From: Geosiphon pyriformis uo1
Lineage: Eukaryota; Fungi; Glomeromycota
Assembly: GCA_016748015.1 (NCBI GenBank)
Contig: JAAOMT010000590.1
Span: 863,912-927,911 of the forward strand
Direction: 5' to 3'
Length of the DNA: 64,000 nucleotides
The translations under genes were made by a program, and so were the position numbers. Shown here in pieces: positions 56,416 to 64,000 of the stretch. The notes under the pieces were generated by a model that saw nothing but the letters and a program-made list of their open reading frames with translations, was not told where the DNA came from and ran no database searches. Every line of letters begins with the position of its first letter. Position 1 is the first letter of the stretch.

Positions 56416-59400
56416 TTTCTTGGTTGCTTTTGTTGCATATACTGTGTCTTTATATACTCTTTTATTGTTTGATTTTATGTGTTTGGTCCAATAATTATGA
56501 TTGGTTCCAAATCTTGTGGAATCTCATTTGGTTGGACTAGTATTTGTTGTACTCCTAATTGTGGAATGTTATTGATGGATGATGATGCTATTTGGTAATA
56601 TGGTTTTAGTCAATCACTATGTGCTGCTTTGGCTAAGATTTTGTTGTCTCATCTTAATTTATAAGTTTCATTTCCAAGAATTTCTTTTATGTAAAATGGT
56701 CTATCCCATTTGGGGTCAAATTTTCTATTCTATTGTTTTTCCATTTTGGTATAATGTAAAAGTACTTTGTCTCCAATCTTGAATTCAACTGGTTTGTCTA
56801 GTAGTTGATTATTATATCTTTTTTTTTGTTTTTTTTGTGACTTTTGGATATTATTAGCTGCTTTTTGTTGTCTGTTTTCCAGTGTTTTCATTAAGTTATA
56901 TGTTCTTTTCAACAAGATTTCTTGGAAATTATCTTCTGTTATTGGTTCAGTTGGATATGTATTGACTTTTATCTCAACTGGTAATGTTGCTGTTCTATCA
57001 TATACCAATTCAAATGGTGTTGCTTGTGTGGTATCTTGCTTTATTGTCTAATAAGCAAATAATACTGATAGTATAAACAAATCTCATTCTTCTTGATTTT
57101 TTTGACTGATTTTGGCAATTGCTTCACACAATGTTTTATTAAATCTTTCAACTAAACCATTTGTTTGTGGATGATATGGTGATGATACTGGTCTTTTGAT
57201 TCCGAATCAGTGACTTAATTCCACTAATGTTCTGTTCACAAAGTGAGTTTCTTGATCTAATAGTAGTTCTTTTGAACATTCATGTCGACAAATCAAATCT
57301 TGATAAACAAATTTGGCAATGAATTCTGCTTCTGCTCTTTGAATGGCTTTTGCTTTTGGCCATTTTGTGAGATAGTCCATGGCTACTACAATATATCTGT
57401 TGCCTCTGCTGGTAATTGTTAATAGTCCGACTAAATCAATTCTAATATAGTCAAATGATTGTCCCATTTTGATTGGTCTTAATGGTTCACTGGGTTTTGT
57501 TCCACCTTTTTTTTAATAAGTATTACAATTCTAAACATATTAAATAATATCTGGATACATTGATGGCCAATAGTATCTTTTTCTTGTTCTTTCCATAGTT
57601 GCTTCTTTATGAAAATGTCCTGCTGTTGAATCTGAATGCATGTTAAATAATATTGTCTCTTTCTCTGGTTCTGTGACAACTCTTATTGGTTGATCTGGAT
57701 TTCTTTTGTTTTTCTGGTAAAGTATATTTTTATAATTGATAAAATATTTTGATTGTTGTTTAATATTATTTTGCTCATTTTGAGATAATTTCTCCTTGAA
57801 CTGTTGAGTATTTATATAATGTTGTAGTTGTTGATATTTTTGTATATTCATCTTTTGTTATTTTTTTTTGTGTTAAGATGTTTTAGATTTGTCTCATTCA
57901 CGACAAACCATTGGCATTTTCATTGTCTTTTCCCTTTTTATAATGTATAGTGTAAGTATATGGTGATAGTGCCATTTTCCATCTTAATTGTTTTCCATCT
58001 CCAAATTCCTGTTTATAAAGTGCTGTTAATCTCTTGTAATCTGTGTATACATCAAACTTCTGGCTCAAGTATTCACTCCATTTCATGACTGCCCAATAAA
58101 TTGCTAAGTGTTCTAATTCTGGTGTTCCATAATTTCTTTCAGCTGGAGTTAAACCTTGGCTGGCATATGTGACTGGATGTTCTCTTCCATCCAGTCTTCT
58201 TTGTAATAGTACTGCTTCCAATGCTTGGCCTGATGCATCGGTAGTAATAATGAACAGTTTGTTGTAATCTGGATAGATCAGTACTGAAGCTTGTATAAGC
58301 TTTCTTCTTAGAATATCAAAAGCTTCTTGTTGTGCTTCTGTTTATTCATATTTCACATTTTTGGTTTGGAAATAATTGAGTGGTTGGGCTATCTTGGAAA
58401 AGTTTTTGATGAAGTGTCAATAATAGCCTGCAAATTCCAAGAATGATTTTAACTCCATCATATTGGTTGATACTGAAAAGTTCTTGACTATCTCTATCTT
58501 TTCTAGATCTATTTTGATGCTGTCTTTGCTTACTATGTGCCCTAAAAAGTTTAATTCTGTCTTGTCAAAGAAGCACTTATTGGCATTTAACTTTAGCCCT
58601 ACTCATTGTAGCCTTTTGAACACTTGTTGTAAATGATACAAATGATTATTAAATGTTTTGGAGAACACATTGGTGTTGTCTAAATAAATGACTACTGATT
58701 TCCACAACAAGCCAGTATATACTATTTCTATTAGTCATTGGAATGTGGCTGGCATATTTGTTAAGCCAAATGGCATTACTTCAAATTCAAAATTTCCCTT
58801 CTATGTTGTGAATGCAGTTTTTTCTTTGTCTACTGAATCTATGGCTACTTGCCAATAACCACTATCTAAATCCAATGTTGAGAACTATTTGTTTCTTCCA
58901 AAAACATCGAATAATTCCTGAATTTGTGGAGTTGAATAGCTGTCTCCATGTGTGACTCTATTAAGCTTTCTATAGTCTACACAAAAGTGAATTTTCCCAT
59001 TTTTTTTCCAGACAAGTACTACTGGTGATGACCATGAGCTCATTGATGGCTGAATTAACCCATTGTCAAGCATCTGGTTGATTTCTTAATGAATGATTTC
59101 ATGGCTGGTAGGTGGTACTCTGTATGCTCATTGTTTTATTGGCATAGCATCTCCAGTTTTGATCTGGTATTGGATGATGTCAGTTCTGCCGAATTTATTC
59201 TTGCTGGCGAAGATGTCATTAAACTTGTTGAGCAATATCTTCAGCTGCATGTGTTAAAGTGAGTTTAGATTCCCCATATTTATTTGTTCTAATTGTTCTG
59301 GTTGAAAGAAATAACATTTATTTCATTCATATATTGTTTGTGATATGATGTCAACATATCTACAAAGCTGTGGAAAGTCTGGAATGGGGTTTGGTAGTTG

Positions 59401-59712
59401 GTCCTCTATTTTATTAGTTAAATGTCCTATGATGGTTCCTTCTGGTATCTCCATAATCTTTCCAGTGTTGTTGTAAATGGAAATTTTGATGCAGTTGTAA
59501 TTCCTGGCTGGTGAGATTAATGAGTCCAATTTCTTTTGATTCACAACATGCTGTTTCTGTCTCAAAAATCTGGTTCTAATCCTTCATTTTTCTTTCTATA
59601 ACTACCATATACTGATCATATGGTGGAATGGAAATGGTTGACTGGTGAAGATAATTTCTTCCTTGTCAATAATCTTTTCTTCCACTATATTAACTGGTAT
59701 ATCTACTCTATC

Positions 59713-60110
59713 TGTTGATCCAAATCCCTGTATCTTTCTTGCTGTTATTCCTAATTCTTCTTTATTTCCTACTGATACTAACTAAGCTATTTTGACCAGA
59801 GGCAGAAATATTGCCTGCACTATTTTTTTGTTTGGCTCTATTACATAGGCCTTTTCTGAATTGTTTTGTAACATAGCAATAATATTTTCCACATATCCTG
59901 CATCAATTATTCCTCCTCTAATGTTAATTCCTCTTTTTGCTAGACTATTCTTAGATGCTAGTTGAACTATTGTGGTTGTTAGAATTTCCAGTGCTATTTT
60001 TAGATCAATACAAGTGTGCAAATGTGGTTCTAATTTGATGGCATTTTTTCCAGAATATTTTAGATCAAACTCTGCATTAGTATCATGTGCATGTTCTGGC
60101 ATGATACCTT
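59713..60110 (-). pseudogene. dut: dUTPase domain in the pol of element D
   Basis: AHDTNAEFDL, ASKNSLA, GGIIDAGYVEN, KIVQAIF and RKIQGFGST (motifs I-V). Confidence 0.9.
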
Positions 60111-63100
60111 CATTATTGTCACTGAACTATTTTAGTTCCTGCTTCTTGGTAAGATTAGGGAGTGTAATATATTGTTTATAGTTTGAATTAGAGTTTGAAT
60201 CTGCATTAGAATTGTTGTCATTGTTATTGCTATTTTGAATAGAGCTAGAACCATTATTTTCATCATCATCGTTGTTGGAGTTTGAATCAGGATTGAAAAT
60301 TGATTCTAATTCTGATGTGCAGCTGTTGATTGGTTCTTCTTCTTCTGAGATTGTGTAGATCATGCAGATTGGTGGATTGTAAATGAGGTCACACTTATTA
60401 CAATATTGAAAATCACATATAATTAAACAGTGGTTATATAATCAAGTATTTAGCTGTGCTAAATGCTCTTTCTGTTCTTCTCTGGTAAGTGCCAAGTTTT
60501 GGTAATGCTCATGGAAGTCTTCTGAGTTGGTTTCTATGTTGAGAAAGACATCTGAATTTAGAATGAAGATGATATCAACCTGTTCAGACAGGTTGTTTTT
60601 AACTTCCAGAATTTCACTGGGTGTGGCTCTTTGGACTTTGGCATTCACCATTTGCCAGATCTCATCCTCGTCATGTGGATAGCCATCCAATTGGTTAATC
60701 ACTCTATGCCAAATTGTTGTTATGGGCATGTCATGACTCACCCAGTTACTGATGAGAATCGTGTACTGGCACGAAGTGTTACATGTTTTTCCTTGACCAG
60801 AAATGTCATTCCACATCTCTTCATTAAGTAGCTGTTCACCACAAGTGAGACATGGTTTGTTGTTTCACTTGTCTTGGTGCTTTGAATATCTATAGCATTC
60901 GTGATAGCATGGTTTGCAGTAATAATGTGTTCACGTCCAGTGGTTTTCATCTGGTATGATCCATGCTTCCATGGAAAAAAGTTTCTTTTCACAGTCTTTG
61001 CATTTAAGTGGAATAAATGGTGGCTGTAATAATGGCTGGCAAATGGAGTATGAGCTTGTCCATCCTTTGGTTGTGTTTTCTGTGAGTTCAATTTCTCCAA
61101 GTATGTTTTTTTCTTTTTCCTTCCCTTTCCTTTTTTCCTCCCAGCTTATTGTTGGTAGCAACTCACTTTGGCTGTCATCAGTCCAAGCATCGATGATGGT
61201 TCTTTAGGTATGTTCTTCTCTTTGTTTTCCTTTTTTATTGTCATTGTTGTTCCAGAAGAGTATTGGCAGTAGTTTATTGTGGTCGTTGTCAGTCTACGAA
61301 ACTTGATAGGCTTCCCAGATAGGTTTTTTTTCTTCTTCCTCAAACTTGATGAGTGGTGCTGGTGTGTTGATAGTCTTGAAGTGGCTGTACATGGCTAGTA
61401 TACATGTATGTCGACCATTTTGGCTAAGTTGAAGCTCTTGTATTGTCCAATCTAGTATGGCATTTGTTTTAGTAAGCCAGTCATTACCAACTAGTGCTTG
61501 GTATTAAGTGGCTTCCATCACCAAAACTTTGATAGGGACTATGATGCCATTGACTTCAAAAGGAAAGTCATCAATCTTGCCAATAAGAGTTTTGGTTGTT
61601 CCATCAGCTGTGATAATCCTTGTGCTGGCAGCTCTGTTAACTCAGCAACCTAATTGATCCATGAGTTGTTTGGTGATGATGCTGTCAGCTGATCCACTAT
61701 TCAAGATCAGTTTGATATACTGACCATCGACTTTAGCATTAGTATACATCATGGTTATTGGTTTGGTGTCCAGAGTGGCTCTACTGAATAATGGAACTGA
61801 TGTGATTTCCTCAAGTTTAAATGGAAATATGGTAGCAAGTGATTCGTCTTCAGTGCTGGCAGCTGGTGGAATGTTGCAAGTAAGTGGCTTTTGGTTGGTT
61901 TCTTGTTTGCTAGATGCAGCATCTTCTGAAGTAACCAAAAGACTTAAGTAGTTCTAGGAACTTGGGTTTTGATTATACCCAGTTTCTGAATTCTGCTGGC
62001 ATAATCCTGATGATTAATTTGATGAACTGGAGATTGGTTAGTGAACCACTATTGCTGATCTCCAGTTTTGGATTACTTTGAATCTGAGATTTTCAGATGT
62101 TATTATAGATTGGTTTTAGGGCAGTGTTTGAATTGATTGTTGTGGTTGATAGATTATTTGTGGCTGCAGTTGATATATTATAGGTGGCTGCAGTTGATAT
62201 ATTTAAGGTTGATATACTGGTGTTTGATAAATTGGCATTATTGGCAAGTAAGCGGATTGATATTGATTTTGATTCTAGTAATAATTTGGAGTAAAGAACT
62301 GGTGATCGGGATTCTGGTATTAATTTTCCAATTGTGGGTTACTATAAGCACAGCAATCGGCTCTAATGTGACTTTGTTTACCACAGTTGTGGCAGATTTG
62401 CATTTCTTGTTGCCACAGCTAATTTGTTGATGATGATGGATGCAACTGATTTTGGAAACAATTTGCATTTCCCTAATTATTATGTCATTGAAGAGACTGA
62501 TAAATTGGGTGATTGTTAGTTAAGTATCCCTCTAATTTTTGATTAATGAAATCACTGAATTGTTTCAGTTTAAAATCCAAGTCAGATAATTCATTCATTA
62601 CTAAATTCACAGCTTGGGCATAGTTGGCTTTTAACTCAGCAGCTTCAAAATCTCTAGTATAAGTGACTGCAGTAAGAAGGTCTACTGGATATATTAGACA
62701 TATTCATTAAAGAATGCTACTGCATAAGCCTCTGATGAACTGATTTAAGATTTGTGGTACTGTAAAGTAATCAGCTTAGATAGCTTGAATTTGGCACAGA
62801 TTTCTGTGGAAGTGTCTCAAGTAAGTGGTGACTGCTTCTGTGTCTTCTTGCTTTAGGGTGGTGAAAGTACTTACCAGGTGGTTGATGCTGTTATTATCAC
62901 TGAAATATCTTAGGAATTCTATTTTAAATACATTAAAATTTTGGGGTTTCTGGGCCAAGCTATAATACTATGAGTTGGTGGTATCTTTTAGGAAATATGG
63001 GATAACTTGCATTGTTTTTGCATCATCCCAATTATTTGTAATGATGGCTTTGGCAATGTCATTGATCTATGCCTGGGCGTCATCCTCTTTACTGGTAAAC

Positions 63101-64000
63101 TTCTCAAGTTTTGCAATTAGTGCCAAAGCTATTGGTGCAATCAGTTGCTGTTGTTGTATTAGTGGTTGAAGCTGTTGTTGCAGTTGTTGACCTGGTTGCT
63201 AGATAAGTTGCTGTAGTGGTGGCTGTTAAAAGGGTATTTGCTGTTGTTGAATTGGTTCAATAATCAGTTCAATTGGTGGCTGATCGATGACAATATTTGG
63301 AGGTAAGTTTTGTTAATTAATTAAGTTAAGGTTTCAGTTGTTCTGATTTGGTGGAGTTTTGATTTCTGGATTTTCTAAATTTTGATTTTGCTAAGTCTGA
63401 AAATTTGGAGTCCCAATATCTGGGTTTTCAGTAATTGAGTTCTGATAAGTGAATTTTTGATTTTCAGATTCTTCTTCTTTTTCTTTTTCTTCTTCTTCTT
63501 CTTGTTTTTTTTCTGATTCAGTTGGTTTCTACGGATCAGTAATTCTGAAATCTGGTTAAGGTGGTGGTGATTGAACTCCTGATGGTATTGGTGATCTCAA
63601 TTTGAATCTCTCAAAGTATGTGCCATATGGTCCTAATAGATCTTCTTTCCTTTGTTTACTTTGGAATGGAAATTGTCCAAATGTTGATGTTGTGTTTAAT
63701 ATAGACATGCCTGCTAATGTGATATTGATGGTGCTTCCAGGAGTATAATAATATGATGGATTTGTAGGTAATTTAATTTTGTGTTTCTTTTAAGTAGGTG
63801 GTTGGATCCATTGAAGTGTTACTGCCAGTGTTTGTAATTTTCCTTTGTCTTTACTGGCATAAGTGATTGGGTATCTTTGTTGTATGTGATGTTCAATTTT
63901 TTTATTAATCTCAGTGATGATAGATGCAAAATTATAATTTGTTGGTAGGCTGGTGTTTTGGATTAATTTGTGATAAAAAGTTTCTCTCACTGATTCAGTG

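Larger units (their letters stand above)
54906..64000 (-). mobile_element. Ty3/gypsy element D (decayed): 3' LTR 54906-55766, ORF3, IN, RNase H, RT, dUTPase, PR, gag; runs off the window
   Basis: LTR TGTTACAGG...GAGTAACA, PPT at 55767-55782. IN motifs IDLVG and DYLTKW, RT FCVDYRKLN, RNase H TDASGQALEAVL, gag knuckle CHNCGKQSHIRADC (~62354-62395). Inserted in B's integrase after CCAT. Confidence 0.93.

Overview
Intron-rich, AT-rich fungal genomic DNA. Gene content and repeat style suggest Mucoromycota/Glomeromycotina; the retroelement proteins resemble repeats I recall from Geosiphon, which is inference only. Positions 1-27 kb are a compact block of housekeeping genes: a PPR-like protein (-), a BYE1/PHF3/DIDO-like PHD-TFIIS.M-SPOC protein (+), KAE1/OSGEP (+), mitochondrial ClpP (-, with a 6-nt micro-exon), cytosolic methionyl-tRNA synthetase (-) and a kinesin-4-like motor of more than 2,200 aa (-, 5' end missing near an N gap). 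Positions 27-35 kb hold microsatellites, extremely AT-rich DNA, a probable pseudogene and a DNA-transposon relic. Positions 35.1-64 kb are a nested stack of decayed Ty3/gypsy LTR retrotransposons: element A contains B, B contains C and D, and a solo LTR sits inside A's LTR. The two insertions with both ends visible show 4-bp target-site duplications. These elements have an unusual layout: gag - protease - Cys-rich spacer - dUTPase - RT - RNase H - integrase (no chromodomain), then a previously unannotated ~210-codon third ORF. That ORF lies in the env position, ends at the polypurine tract, and has a conserved TATA-like element just upstream. The ORF track misses it because of transition-derived stop codons, but it is clearly conserved at the protein level between divergent copies.
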